Position numbers and translations under genes: made by a program. 64,000 nt of DNA from Rebecca billardiae RCC1528 (lineage: Eukaryota; Protista; Haptophyta): positions 2,170,001 to 2,234,000 of the forward strand of contig OZ251230.1 of NCBI GenBank assembly GCA_965240325.2, written 5' to 3'. Each line of letters opens with the position of its first letter. Within the stretch, counting starts at the first letter, position 1. The notes beneath the pieces were generated by a model. The model was not told the DNA's origin, made no database searches, and worked only from the letters and a program-made list of their open reading frames with translations. Of this stretch, positions 35,082 to 46,580 are shown one piece after another.

Positions 35082-35787
35082 AGCTGCATGCAGCATCCGA
35101 AGAGCGCATGCGGCCTCGGGGCCGTTCACGTTGCAGCCGGCGGTGTGCGTCGCTGCGCGCGAGCCGGCCGGGTGCGCGTTGCCGCGGGCGCGGTCGCGGT
35201 GGACACGGTCGCCGTCTCCGCCCGGCCTCGGTCTGCTGGCGGCCGCCCATGGACAGCGCGGGCGCCTCTGGAGGGCCGTCGTCGGCATCAGAAGAGAAGG
35301 TCTCGTCGTGTGAGTTGTCGTTGAGGTCCCAGGCATCAATCGCGCCCGCGGCCGCCCTCGCGCGGCCCCCTACGCGCCGTCAGAGCTCACGCGCGCCGGG
35401 GCGCCATCGAAGATACGCTATAGCGTATCTTCCCCGCGGCCAACGGCAACAAAGAGATGTACCGACTTATTAATTATTGTACCGCCATGGCAGGCCATGC
35501 GCCCGGCCGCCCATGGACCATCACTCCCATGGCCAGTCGCACTGCTGGCGCCCGATCGAGCCGCCCCGAGTCACTGGCGGCATCACTGATATGATGGCGG
35601 CGCGCGCCGACGGGCCGCACGGCCGCACGGCAGTGACTGACGCGCGCGGGCTGCTGCTCAGTAGCGACAGCTTATAAGCAGACTGCTGTACGACGACATA
35701 CGACGCGCGCGTATAATAGTGTCGTCAGCAGTGTGATGCAGCATCATCATATATAGCAGTAGTCGTGTCGCGTCGTCGTCGTCGTCA

Positions 35788-37872
35788 TTATTCCACCGCT
35801 GCGGCTGCAGCGCCCATCACCACCGCCGAGGACGCGCACCGCCCCGACGGCGACGTCACTGCTGACACTGCTGACGTGCGCGCTGGCGGCCGGCCGAGGG
35901 CGGACGATGGCAGCGCGCCGCCGTGCCGGCCGGACGGCCCATCGCCGCGCGCCAGCCGCGTCTGGGCGGCATGCGACGGGAGCTCACGCGCGAGCGTGGC
36001 GCCCGCGGCCCCGTGTGCGGACGGGGCCGCGCTCGGCGCCGTGCGCGAGGGCGGAGCGGCCTCCGCCCCAGCGGCGTGCGGCGGCGGCTGCTGCTGCGCC
36101 TCTGTGCTCGGCACGCGGCGGTCGGAGGGCGGCGGCGGCGCCCTCCACCCATCCGCCGCATGCCCCCCCTCCGCACCCGGCGCCCGCGCCCCCTCCGCCG
36201 GCCGCCCTCGCCCGCCCTCCTCGGCGCCCTCCTCGTCCCCGCCCAGCGGCTGGCCGGCCGTGAGCGGCTGCTCGGCGTCGAGCAGCGCGCCGAGCGCGCC
36301 CACAAACGACTCGCGCTTCAGGAAGTGGGCCTCGACCGTGCCGCGCGAGAAGAAGCGCACCGCGTTGGAGATGGTCGCGGCGGTGTACGGGTGGTTCCGG
36401 ATGAACGAGCCGCCGAAGAAGATGCGCTTGAGCCCGTACTTTTGCGCGTTGAGACACGCGATCTGCGCGGCGCGGCGCGCGGCGGCGCGCGGCGCGCGGG
36501 CGGCGCGGGTGAGCGGGGCGCGGAGGCGAGTGAGGCGCGTGCGGCCGCGGCCGCGGCGGCAGCGAGCGGCGGCGCGCACCTGGCCGATGTTGTTCGAGAC
36601 CATGCGCAGCAGGCTCAGCGCCACGTCCTCCGCGCGGAACTCCTCCTCGAGCCGCGAGTTGGCCACGCGCGCGCGCGCGCGCCGCGGCAGTCTGCACAGC
36701 CGGCCGAGCGCGCGCGCGAGCCGCGAGCGCGCGCGCCGCGCGCGCGGGTCCTCCCGGCGCATGACCACCTTGCCGAAGGAGGCGGCGATCACGTCGCGGT
36801 TGAGGTTGTGCGTCGCGCAGTCGCCCCCGTAGATGTCGCCCACCAGCATGTCCACGTTCGACGACACGCCCGACTGCGTGAGTTCGATCAGTTCGTCGAA
36901 GGAGCGCGCGCGCAGCAGCAGCCGGCACAAAGCCCAGAACGTGCCGCCGCCGATGGAGGAGCCGTCGACGCGGCGGAACTTGTCGCCCCAGCCCGTGACC
37001 TCGATGATCGACACGCCCGAGCCGATGCTCACGAACAGGTACGGGAACGGGTCCTGCGACGGCGGCAGGTACCGGCGCGGCAGCGACGCGGCCGCCTCCG
37101 GCGAGAGAGGCGAGAGCGGATCTCCGCCGTCGACCGCGAACGCCTCGCCTTCGACGGCGGTGAGGAGGAAGTTGAGGCCGTTGACCATCGAGCGCATCTC
37201 GTCGCGCGGCTTGAGCTCCACGCCGATCCGCTCGAACGCCGCGCGGTACTTGAGCGAGCCGCCGCCGGTCGCGCGCAGCTCGAGCCGCGCGGGCAGCGCG
37301 GCGCGCGCCGCCGGCGCGAGCGAGGCCGCGCCGCCGGCCGCGCCGCCGGCGCGCGGCGCCGCGGCGGCGCGCAGCCGCGCGCGCGCCGAGCGGCGTGGCG
37401 GCTCGCGCGTGCGCTCGCCCCCGTCGCGCTGGCCGCGCACCCAGAACCGGTCGACAAAGTCGATGCAGTCCTCCATGTAGCGCGTCTCGAAGAGGACAAA
37501 GTGGATCGAGCCGCCGAGCGCGGGCACGCTGAGCGACTCGGCGGCGAGGCCGGAGCCGCGCCCGCTGAAGATGGTGGAGCAGTTGGGCAGCGTCGAGCCG
37601 CGCGGCTGGAAGAACGCCACCTTCGCCAGCGAGCCGCCGATGTCGAGCGACCACGCGCCGTCGTGCCGGTCGAGCACGTTGACCGTGCGCAGCAGGTGCA
37701 GCGCGTCGCCGCGGCGCATCGGCTTCTCGCGCGGCGGCATGCTGGCGGCGAGGTGCGGGTCGCTCACGAGGGGCTCCACGCGCTCGCGACGCCGGCGCGA
37801 GCGCCCGGCGGGCACCTCGCGCGCCGCGAGCGGCGCGGCGACGAGCAGCAGGGCCAGCGTCAGCCGCCGCAT
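35788..37872 (-). CDS. PANK: Type II (eukaryotic) pantothenate kinase; intron 36579-36463, possible second intron starting 37440
   Basis: LDIGGSLAK, ATGGGS.KY, DEM..MVNG, FPYLFVSIGSGVSI, GSSIGGGTFWAL, VDMLVGDIYG, AASFGK, SLLRMVSNNIGQIA, FGGSFIR, GALGA. Confidence 0.93.
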   Translation of the reverse strand: MRRLTLALLLVAAPLAAREVPAGRSRRRRERVEPLVSDPHLAASMPPREKPMRRGDALHLLRTVNVLDRHDGAWSLDIGGSLAKVAFFQPRGSTLPNCSTIFSGRGSGLAAESLSVPALGGSIHFVLFETRYMEDCIDFVDRFWVRGQRDGGERTREPPRRSARARLRAAAAPRAGGAAGGAASLAPAARAALPARLELRATGGGSLKYRAAFERIGVELKPRDEMRSMVNGLNFLLTAVEGEAFAVDGGDPLSPLSPEAAASLPRRYLPPSQDPFPYLFVSIGSGVSIIEVTGWGDKFRRVDGSSIGGGTFWALCRLLLRARSFDELIELTQSGVSSNVDMLVGDIYGGDCATHNLNRDVIAASFGKVVMRREDPRARRARSRLARALGRLCRLPRRARARVANSRLEEEFRAEDVALSLLRMVSNNIGQVRAAARCRRGRGRTRLTRLRAPLTRAARAPRAAARRAAQIACLNAQKYGLKRIFFGGSFIRNHPYTAATISNAVRFFSRGTVEAHFLKRESFVGALGALLDAEQPLTAGQPLGGDEEGAEEGGRGRPAEGARAPGAEGGHAADGWRAPPPPSDRRVPSTEAQQQPPPHAAGAEAAPPSRTAPSAAPSAHGAAGATLARELPSHAAQTRLARGDGPSGRHGGALPSSALGRPPARTSAVSAVTSPSGRCASSAVVMGAAAAAVE

Positions 37873-38990
37873 CTGCGGGCCGTCGGTGGGGTCGGGCGGA
37901 GAATCTGCAATCGGTGCGGGAACAATAAAGACGAGATCAAGGTGGGTATTTTCCTACAACGAAGGTGGCTGGACGTCAAAAGTTCAAACGGCGATCAGCA
38001 AAACCGTCAATACAGGCCCTATGGGGGTACTCGTGCGTCGTCTTGTACTCGTGTATCGTAAGAACGAAGCGTCATGACATTCTCATTACTCATTGTGGAC
38101 GGAACGGCACTGCCCCGCGACGCCACAACACGAGACCGCCCTGGCGAGGCTCAGCCGGCTGAGGCTTCCCTATTACACAAGGCAGTCGTAGTTCTGCGTC
38201 GTCGCCTGAGACTTGGCACCAGCTCATTCAGTCACTGATTTGCCGCGTTGGTCTGCGCCTCCTTCAGACTTCCCGAGTTCCCCTTCCGCCTCGGCGCCGC
38301 ACTCGCACTCGCCGTGCCCGTTGACGCGCTCGACAGCGGTGGCAGCGGTGGCAGCGGAGGCAGCCCGCCCGGCGTGCGCGCGTCCCGCCGGCCGTTGGCG
38401 CAGCACACGGGCGGCGGCGCGCGCCTGAGGCCCCTCAGACGGCGGCGCCGGCGGGCAGCAGCGGGCGCGCGTTCGCCATCCGGCCGCACGTGGCGTCTCG
38501 CAGCCCGAGCAGCGCGCCGAGCTCTGCGCCCGACCAGCCGGCGAGCACGTGGCCGAAGCGCGCGCGCAAGCGGGGCGCTCCGGACCGCCATGCGGCGCGG
38601 CGGCAGCACGCGCGGCACACACTCGCCGCGTGGCGCCAGCTCGGTCGGCTCACGGCGGGTGCTGACAGCGCACGCGCGCGGGTGCATGCGGCGCGTCGCG
38701 GAGGAGCACCGCCCACGCGCCGTGGCCGATCCGGTTCCGGAAGCCCCGCGCGTCGAGCTGGCACCTGCACACCGCCCAATGCGCCCTCGGCCACCCGCCG
38801 GAGGCCAGCCAGCGAAAGGGCAGAGGTCGGCACAGGCCAGCACAGCCGTGAGATGAGCGTGGCCGCATCCATGGTCAGTCAGACAGACAGCTGTGCACGG
38901 CCCCGCGCCCTCCTCGCGCCACGGGCGTGGCACCGCCGCTGGCCGCTGGCGGCCGTGCGCGCGCCGTGCGCGCGCCTGCCCGCGACGACC

Positions 38991-39803
38991 TCACGCCTTG
39001 CCCGCGCCGCGCGCCTTGTACGCCGCGGGGCTCTCCACCGCGCCGCGCTGCGCCCACAGGCCGCGGCGCGCGCGGCGCGCGGCCGCCTCGAGTGCCTCAA
39101 AGTGCGCCCTGCCCTTCGGGCCGTACGAGCCGCCGGCGCCGGTGTAGACCTGCGCGTGGCCGGAGCGCGCCATCTCCTCCTCGACATAGCTGCGCAGCGG
39201 CCACCAGCCCCGCCGCACCGTCGCGACCGCGCGCCCGTACTGGTCCCTCGCCAGCAGCCGCACGGCCACCATCCTGCCTCCAATCAGCCTCTCGAGCCGC
39301 TCGCGCGCGGCCTCGCCGAAGGGCTGGCCGCTCTTGCCGAACTTGGCGGTCTCGGGCGCGTCGATCGCGCACAGCCGGATCTGCAGCGTGTGCTCCGAGA
39401 GCTTCGCGCCCGCCGGCAGCCGCGAGCTGTGCAGCCACGTGGGCGCGTGCCGCAGTCGGAATGTGTCGCCGTCGCTCACCGCCGCGACGCGCCCGCGGAG
39501 CATGCGCGCGTGCTCGCCGAAGAGGTGCTTCGGGAGGTCGGACACGGTAGAGTACCTGTACCAGAACGGCCGGGCGCGGCTCAGCCGAAGGCCGAGGCCC
39601 ACCCCCGCGACGAACGCGCACCCCGCGCACAGCGCGGCCGTGTCGGCGCGGACGGCCGAGCCTTCCGCGCGGAGCGCCTGTGCCTGGGCGGAGAGCGCGC
39701 CGAGGAGATCGCCGGTCTGGCTGGACAGAGCCGACCAGGCCGCTGCCAAGTCGTCCGCGGCTCCTCGCCTCGGGCCGTCCTCATCCCCGGCGGGAGTCGG
39801 CAT
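38991..39803 (-). CDS. Staphylococcal/thermonuclease-domain protein (LCL3-like) with N-terminal TM segment
   Basis: VSDGDTFR, IRLCAIDAPE, QPFG, DQYGR, GHAQVY, EAAARRARRGLW, ESPAAYK. Confidence 0.9.
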   Translation of the reverse strand: MPTPAGDEDGPRRGAADDLAAAWSALSSQTGDLLGALSAQAQALRAEGSAVRADTAALCAGCAFVAGVGLGLRLSRARPFWYRYSTVSDLPKHLFGEHARMLRGRVAAVSDGDTFRLRHAPTWLHSSRLPAGAKLSEHTLQIRLCAIDAPETAKFGKSGQPFGEAARERLERLIGGRMVAVRLLARDQYGRAVATVRRGWWPLRSYVEEEMARSGHAQVYTGAGGSYGPKGRAHFEALEAAARRARRGLWAQRGAVESPAAYKARGAGKA

Positions 39804-40049
39804 CGCTGGCGGCCGCGCGGGAGTGATGACGGGACTGCTGATGCGTCGCCCCGCGCCGTGGCGGTTGGATGACGAATGAAAATGAAAATAGCAGCATCAG
39901 CGCGCAGTTTTTCCAAGCAGCGACGAATAGTATCGTCACGATGATACACACTGCGGCATGCACGCACGCGCCCTGGCAGACGTGGCGACCGTCTCGGCCG
40001 CAGTGCCCGTCGCCGAGCTCCCCGCCGGCACGCAGACACGTGCCGTCGA

Positions 40050-43000
40050 TCAGTCGTCGTCGTCGCCGTCGCTGAGGTCGGGCACGGCCACGTCGCCGAG
40101 GTTCGCGACGGCGGCCGCCGCCTCGTCTGCGTGCCGCTTGGCAATCTCGGGGCTCGAGATCGACGCGCGGCTACCGCCGGAGCCTATTCGTGTGGAGCCG
40201 CGGCGGCTGCCGGGGGGTGCGCGCACGACGCCCATCGACTCGAGCGCCGTCGCCGCCGCGCTCGTCCCCGCCGCCTCCGCCTCGCGCTCCACCATGTTGT
40301 ACAGGTTGACGCGCTCCTTCACCTCGTCTCTCGTGTCAAACGCGCGGCGCGGCGCCCAGGTGTGCTTCCACTCCTTGGCCTCCTGGATGCGGCGCTCGAC
40401 GCCGGAGCGCGTGTTGGTGCGCTCGCTCGGGTCGCCGACGAGCGACATGCCCACCGGTAGCGGCGCCACCTGCGACGCCGTCTGCGCGATGTCGCTCCAC
40501 TTGAGCGAGCGCTCGTTGATGCGCAGCAGCGTCGGCTCGCCGCCGTCGGCGCCGTCGGGCGCAAACGCCGCGGCCGAAGACTGCCAGTAGCCCGGCTTGC
40601 TCGCGTCCTCGAGTCCGGGGCGCTCGGCGGCGAGGGCGAGGGCCTCGCCGCCGTCGGCGTGCGTCGCGATCCGCGTGCCCAGCTCCTTCGGCTCCAGCCC
40701 CTCCGGCACCTTCACCACCCCGTTGTCGATCAGCTCCCTGAGAACCTTCTCGTCGACCTCGTGGTCAGCCATCTTGGAGCCGTCAGGCATCGTACCCTTG
40801 AGGATGTACGCGAGGAAGCGCTGCAGCCGGAGGAGCTCGCGGTCGGCGGCGGACTCGGCGTGGCGCGGCGGGACGTACGCCGCCTCGTACAGGTGCGAGT
40901 CCACCGCCCAGCGCAGCCGCTTGAGCAGCGTGTGGTCCTCGCTGTTCACGATGAGCGGCGTGTCGCCCAGCTTTGCCGCCTGCGCACGGCGCGGCGCGCG
41001 GCGCGCGCGGCGGGCGCGCGGCGGGGCGGGCGGGCGGCGTGGGGCGTGAGCGCGCGGCACGCGGCGTGCGCGCGCGCGCGCGCGCGGCCGCGTGCGCGCG
41101 CGCGCGCGTGCCGTCTCCCCCGGCACCCTGAACGCGTTGGGGAAGCGCAGCTCGTAGTTACGCAGCGTCGAGCGCAGCTTGATCGCCTCCTGCTGTGACG
41201 AGTGCATCGCCATCCGTGCCGCCACGAGCTGAGTCTCGAGCTCCTGTGTCGCGATCTGCATGTTCTTCTGCTTGATGTCCTCGCGCTGCAGGGAGGCCTC
41301 GGCCTCCTGCAGCACCAGCGAGTACCTGCGCGAGGGCGGCGCCGCCGAGCAACCGAGCGAGCGAGCGAGGACGCAGCGGTCAAAAGCGCGCAGCTCAGCG
41401 CGGCGCGCGGGATGCGCGGCGCGCCGGATGCGCCGCGCGGCGCGGCGGCGCGGCGGGCGGCGCGCGGCGGCGGCGCGGGCGCGCGCACTCGCGCATGCTC
41501 TCCTCGATCATCATGTTCGCCTCCTCCTGCTCCTGCAGCGCCTTGATCAGCTGCCCGCGCGTGCGCACCTCCACGCGCTTGTGCACCGCCAGGTCGAACC
41601 ACATCGCCACGATCCGGTTGAGCAGGCCGCGCGCCTGCCGCTTTCGGAACGCAGCCAGCAGCGCCTCCTGCGAGCGCCGGATGATGCGCCGGTCGATGGT
41701 GTGGAGGTACCACGCGCGGAAGGGGAGCTCGGAGCGCCGCTTGATCAGGTCGATCCAGCGCTCCAGCGCCACCAGCCGCAGCGTGCGCGCGTGCTCCACC
41801 CACGAGCGCAGCGCGCGCAGGATCGTCGCCTCCAGCCGCCGCAACACGGCGGTGAACCGCCGCTCCGTCTCGACGCGCGACGCGGTCAGCCGCTGCCACG
41901 CGCGCATGTGGTCGCGCATCGTGCGCACGTCGTGCTCGCGCAGCGCGACGCGCTTGTTCGCGCGCACGACGAACGTCATCCCCGCCACGCGCGCCGCGCG
42001 CACCACGCGCCGCCACCCGGCGAACAGCGCCGCCTGCAGCCGCTGCCTGTAGTGGCGGCGCGCCGCAATCGTCTGCGCGAGCTCGCCACGCGCGGGCAGG
42101 ATGCCGAGTGTGTAGTTGCGCCAGCCGCGGACGACGGCGTTGAGCAGCGCGCGCGCCGCCGAGGTCTCGATCACGTGCAGCTGCGCCTCGATGATCCGCT
42201 GCCGCAGCACGTACGCCAGCAGCATGTCCGACGTCGACGCGAGCTGGCGGCGCCGCCACGCGCCGAGCGCGTCGCGCGCGCGCCTGTACCGCGCACGCGA
42301 CACAAACCCGCGCGCGCCGGCGCTGAGCGCGGTGGCGGCGCGGACCTGCTGCTTCTGGCGCTCGGTGAGCAGCGTCGAGTCCAGCGCGACGAGCCGCTCG
42401 TCGATGCTCGTGAACGAGTCCTGCAGCCGCGCCTGCAGCTGCAGCGTGTACTCGACGTTCACGTGGCGCATCATGCCCTCGACGGCCGAGAGCCGCGCGC
42501 GGAGCGACTCCGTCTCGGCGCGGAGCTCGGCGATGGTCTGCGCGTCGCGGGCGGAGCGCGGGGTGTGCTCGTCCGCGCCGCCGCCGTCCGCGCCGCCCGC
42601 GCCGATCGCCTCGTGCCCGCCGCCGAGCAGCGCCGTCGCGCGCATCGCAGGCGGCGCCGTGCGCGGCGGCAGCGGCGCGGGCCCGTGCGGCGACCACTCG
42701 GACGGAGCGGTCGCGCCGAGCGAGGCGTACACGCTGGCGTGCGCCGGCGCGGTGGGCGCGCGCGAGACGATCGAGCCCGGCCTGCGCGCGTGCGCCGCGA
42801 AGCCCTCGCCCAGCCCGCCGCCGCCGCCGCCGCCGGGCCCGCCGATCGCGCGCAGCGTGTGGATCGAGACCGAGCCGGGTGTCGGCGGGCGCTGGCGCTG
42901 GCGCTCGAGGGCGCGGGCGCGCTCCTCCGCCTCGCGCTGCACATCGGCGGGGTGCTTGTCCAGCGCGACCGCGATGTGCTGCATCTGCCGCCGCAGGAAC

Positions 43001-43152
43001 ACCTCCTCCACGCTCTGGCTCTCGTAGTAGGTCCGGCTGAGGCTCGGCATGTTGCGCGTGCGCGCGAGGTCGGTGCGCGCGCTCGAGCCCGAGCGGCGCG
43101 AGTCGGGCGTCCAGCCGCGGGACATGGGTCTGGACATCGGGGTCGCGTGCAT
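40050..43152 (-). CDS. Coiled-coil protein with IQ motif and Sfi1-like Trp repeats; exons 43152-41489, 41325-41127, 40979-40050
   Basis: AATALSAGARGFVSRARY IQ-like; repeated F/L..W (ALFAGWRR, MRAWQR, LRSWVE, PFRAWY, VAMWF); GT-AG introns 41488-41326 and 41126-40980 keep frame. Confidence 0.72.
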
Positions 43153-43487
43153 CGCCGCGCTCCCGCCACTAGCGCTTGCTCACGCCTTTTTCTCACAGCG
43201 CGCGCGCGGCTTGGCGCATGGCGTCCGCGGCCTCCACGGTGCACACCTTGTGCAAGCGCGCGCCCCGGTTCGTCCCGCAGTTCCGTGTGGGTGGAAACCC
43301 GAAACCGCCAATCTCGAGGCGAATCTCGCAGCTCGTTTTCTTTGCGCGGATTTTCTTTTCTTCGAGAATGACGACTGCAGAATTCAGGCAGCCGCGACGA
43401 CGACAGGCGCGCGCGCGGCGCGCCGTGGCCGTCGGCCAGCCACGGCCCGAGTCTGCCACCGGGGCCACTGCGCGGGGCGCAGAATGC

Positions 43488-46370
43488 TCAGCGTGTGCAG
43501 CTGCTCCGTCGGGGCGGCTCTGCAGCGCCCTTGCCCGCACCAGGCGCCACCGGCGCGCCCGCCGAGGTGGAGGGCCGGTAGTTGTCGTCGGGCGCGCGCA
43601 GGCGCGCGACAGCCATGCTGACGCCCGCGCCGCACGCGAGCAGGTGCGCGCACGGCAGCACGCCGCCAAAGCTGCGCACGGGCTGCGGCGGCACCCGGCT
43701 CGTCGGCCCGGCACCCGCGCCCGCCGACCCCAGCCCGAGCGCGAGTGCGTTGCTGCCCCACGCGTGCACGGCGCCGCCCTCGGTCGCGGCGAGCGCGTGC
43801 GCGGGCCCGCACGCGACCGCGCGCACCCGACAGCCGTCCAGCTCCGGCACGCGCGAGGGCGGCGGCGGCGGCGCGTCCTCGGCGCTGCTCGGGGCATCGG
43901 CCGGCGGTCGGGGGCCGCGCCGCGCGGGCGCGTCGGGCGTGCGCCATTCGTACACGCCCGCGTCGGGCGCGCGCGTCAGCGCGAGCATCCCGCGCCCGCC
44001 CGCGCTCAGCTGCGCGACGCGCGCTCCGCCGAAGCACTCTGGCCCGAGCGAGCGCGGCGCGCGCAGCCTGCAGCCGCCGATGTGGCCCCAGATGTGGACG
44101 GTGCCGTCGGCGTCGAGCGCGGCGGAGTGGGCGTGGCCCATGGCGAGCTGCACGGCGCGCGCGCCCGCGCGGAGCGGTACGCGCTGCGGCGTGCGCACGA
44201 GCGCTGGCGCCGCTGCGCCTCGCCCCGGGCCGGCGCCGGCGGCTGCCGCCCCGCCCACGCCCGCCTCGCGCGCCGCCGCCACCGCCGACGCCTGGCGCTC
44301 GTCATCCAAGCCCCATGCCCAGACGGCGCCGGTGTCGTCGATCGCGCCGGAGTGGCGCGCGCCCGCGTCGACGGCCAGAAAGGCGAGGCCTGCCGCGCAC
44401 GCCTCGCCCTCCACCGGCACAGCCGCCCACGCCTCGTCCGGCGCGCGCCTCCCCAGCTGCGCGCGCGCGTTGCTCCCCCAGCCCAGCAGTGCGCCCGCCT
44501 CGCTCACAGCGAGCGAGTGAGCCGCGCCCGCGCCAATCGAGCGCGCGCGGAGCGGCACGCACGCGGCAGGCTCCCACTCGACGCGCGCGCGGTCGGGCGG
44601 CTGCGCGTCGGCGCCGTCCGCCGCGCGCTCTCCGTCGCCCGTCCGCGGCCCAGCAGCGCAGGCCGCGGCCCCGTCCGCGCCGCCCCCCGCTCCAACCCCT
44701 CGCGCCGCGGCCGCAGCGAGCAGCGTGAGCGGCATCGGCGCATGCGCGCGCTGCACGCGCGCGCCGAGCCCGAGCTCGCCGCGGGCGCCTCTGCCCCACG
44801 CCCAGACGCGCGCGTCGTCGGTGAGCAGCAGCGCGTGCGGCCCGCCGCCGCAGCACAGCTGCACCGCCTGCCGCGCGCCCAGCGTGCCGGGCAGCGCGCT
44901 GCATCGCACGCGCGCGGGCTCGGCCGCATCCGCGAGGGAAGGGTGCCCAAGCGCGCCCGCCATGCCGCCGCCCCACGTTGCAACGCCTCCGAGCTCTGTG
45001 AGTCCGACCGCGTGCTCGAGGCCGCCGCACAGCTCGCGCAGCGCTCGGGCTGGCTTCGCGCCCGCGCTCGCGCGCCCGCCGCGCCGCTCGGCCACACACC
45101 CGCTCACACCGCCGCCACCGGCGCCGCCGCCAGCGGCGTCGCCGCCGCCGCCGCCGCCGCCGCCGCCGTCGGCGCCGTCGGCGCCGCCGCCCGCCGCGTC
45201 GTCGCCCGCCCCCTCGCCGCTGTCTGAGGAGGAGTCCGCGTCTGGCGCGCCGCGCAGCGAGGCGCCGTTCGGCGCGGGCGGCGCGGTGGAGGCGAGCGTG
45301 CGCCCCCAGACCAGCGGCACGCCGCCGTCCGTCAGCGCAAGCGACGTGTGCCCGTGGCACGAGTGCACAGATGCAACGCTCAGCGCGCTCAGCGCGCCCG
45401 CAGCGCCGGCCGGCGCGGCCGCGCGCGGCCGCGCCGCCCTCAGCAGCTGCGCAGGCGGCAGCAGCGCGGGGCTCGAGCGCGGGCGCGTGTCGGCGAAGCC
45501 GAGCTGGCGCATGTCGTTCCTCCCGAACACGTACAGCTCGCCCGACGCGCAGAGGACGAGCGAGTGCTGCCGGCCGCACGCCACGCCCGCGCAGCGCGCG
45601 TGCGACACCGGCGCGTCCACAGGCGCAGGCGCGGGCTCTCGCGCAGCCGCGGCGCGCGAGCCGAGCTGGCCGTGCGCGCGCGAGCCGCACGAGAGGACGC
45701 GCGCGTCCGTCGTGAGGAGGAGCGTGTGCTCCGCGCCGCACGCCACGTCCGCCACGAACGCCGGCCGCCCGTCCGCGTCCGCCAGCCGAAGCGAGAGCGG
45801 GGTCGGCTGCGCCGCGCACAGCGCGCCCTCGCCCAGGCCGAGCTGCCCGCTGTCGTTGCGGCCCCACGAGGCGGCGAGGCCGCCGTCGAGGACGGCGACG
45901 CAGTGCTCGGCGCCGCACGCCACGCGCACCACCGCGCGCCCCGCCAGCGCGTCGATCCGCCGCGGCGCGTCCGTCGCCACCGTCGAGCCGTGACCGAGCT
46001 GACCGCTGCCGCCGCGGCCCCAGCTGAAGGCGCTCCCCTCGTCCGACACGCAGCAGACGTGCCAGCGGCCGCACGAGACGGAGGCGATGGACTCGCCGAC
46101 GAACGGGAGTGTGCGCACCGGCGTCGGCATGCCGCACACACCCGCGCGCTCGTCGAACGTGCCGAAGATGAGCACGTCGGACGCGCCGGTCGCGCACGCC
46201 GTGAACGCGCCGCCCGCGCCGACGGCACGCACAAACTCGGCGCGCAGCGCCGCGACCTCGCGCGGCTCGGGGCAGTCGGCGAGCTCCGCCTGGCCCAGCA
46301 CGCCGTGCTCGCCGCGCCCCCAGGTGTAGATCACGTCGGCCTCCGCCGCGCTCCCCTCGGCGTCGTCCAT
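43488..46370 (-). CDS. RCC1-repeat (double beta-propeller-like) protein
   Basis: More than 10 repeats of VACG.EH...L..DG....WG.N..GQLG. Confidence 0.9.
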   Translation of the reverse strand: MDDAEGSAAEADVIYTWGRGEHGVLGQAELADCPEPREVAALRAEFVRAVGAGGAFTACATGASDVLIFGTFDERAGVCGMPTPVRTLPFVGESIASVSCGRWHVCCVSDEGSAFSWGRGGSGQLGHGSTVATDAPRRIDALAGRAVVRVACGAEHCVAVLDGGLAASWGRNDSGQLGLGEGALCAAQPTPLSLRLADADGRPAFVADVACGAEHTLLLTTDARVLSCGSRAHGQLGSRAAAAREPAPAPVDAPVSHARCAGVACGRQHSLVLCASGELYVFGRNDMRQLGFADTRPRSSPALLPPAQLLRAARPRAAAPAGAAGALSALSVASVHSCHGHTSLALTDGGVPLVWGRTLASTAPPAPNGASLRGAPDADSSSDSGEGAGDDAAGGGADGADGGGGGGGGGDAAGGGAGGGGVSGCVAERRGGRASAGAKPARALRELCGGLEHAVGLTELGGVATWGGGMAGALGHPSLADAAEPARVRCSALPGTLGARQAVQLCCGGGPHALLLTDDARVWAWGRGARGELGLGARVQRAHAPMPLTLLAAAAARGVGAGGGADGAAACAAGPRTGDGERAADGADAQPPDRARVEWEPAACVPLRARSIGAGAAHSLAVSEAGALLGWGSNARAQLGRRAPDEAWAAVPVEGEACAAGLAFLAVDAGARHSGAIDDTGAVWAWGLDDERQASAVAAAREAGVGGAAAAGAGPGRGAAAPALVRTPQRVPLRAGARAVQLAMGHAHSAALDADGTVHIWGHIGGCRLRAPRSLGPECFGGARVAQLSAGGRGMLALTRAPDAGVYEWRTPDAPARRGPRPPADAPSSAEDAPPPPPSRVPELDGCRVRAVACGPAHALAATEGGAVHAWGSNALALGLGSAGAGAGPTSRVPPQPVRSFGGVLPCAHLLACGAGVSMAVARLRAPDDNYRPSTSAGAPVAPGAGKGAAEPPRRSSCTR

Positions 46371-46580
46371 GGGGCCGAGCCGTGCCGCGCCGTGCGGGCC
46401 CAGTCTATCCTGCTCGATCTATCTCCTCGTCAGGCGAGATTGTTCTGCGTCTCTGGATTCTGTACAGAGGCTTCGGCCGCCAGTCTGATCACCCGGAGCC
46501 CGTTATAAAGGGGAATTTAAAAGTTTAGTAATACATTAGGGTACAGTATTCCAGAGTACTGGTAAGATCAAGCCGATCTG

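Noticed and set aside
38232-38933. ORFs between PanK and SNase
   Set aside because: Arg/Ala/Pro-rich, no motif; cannot be distinguished from GC-shadow ORFs
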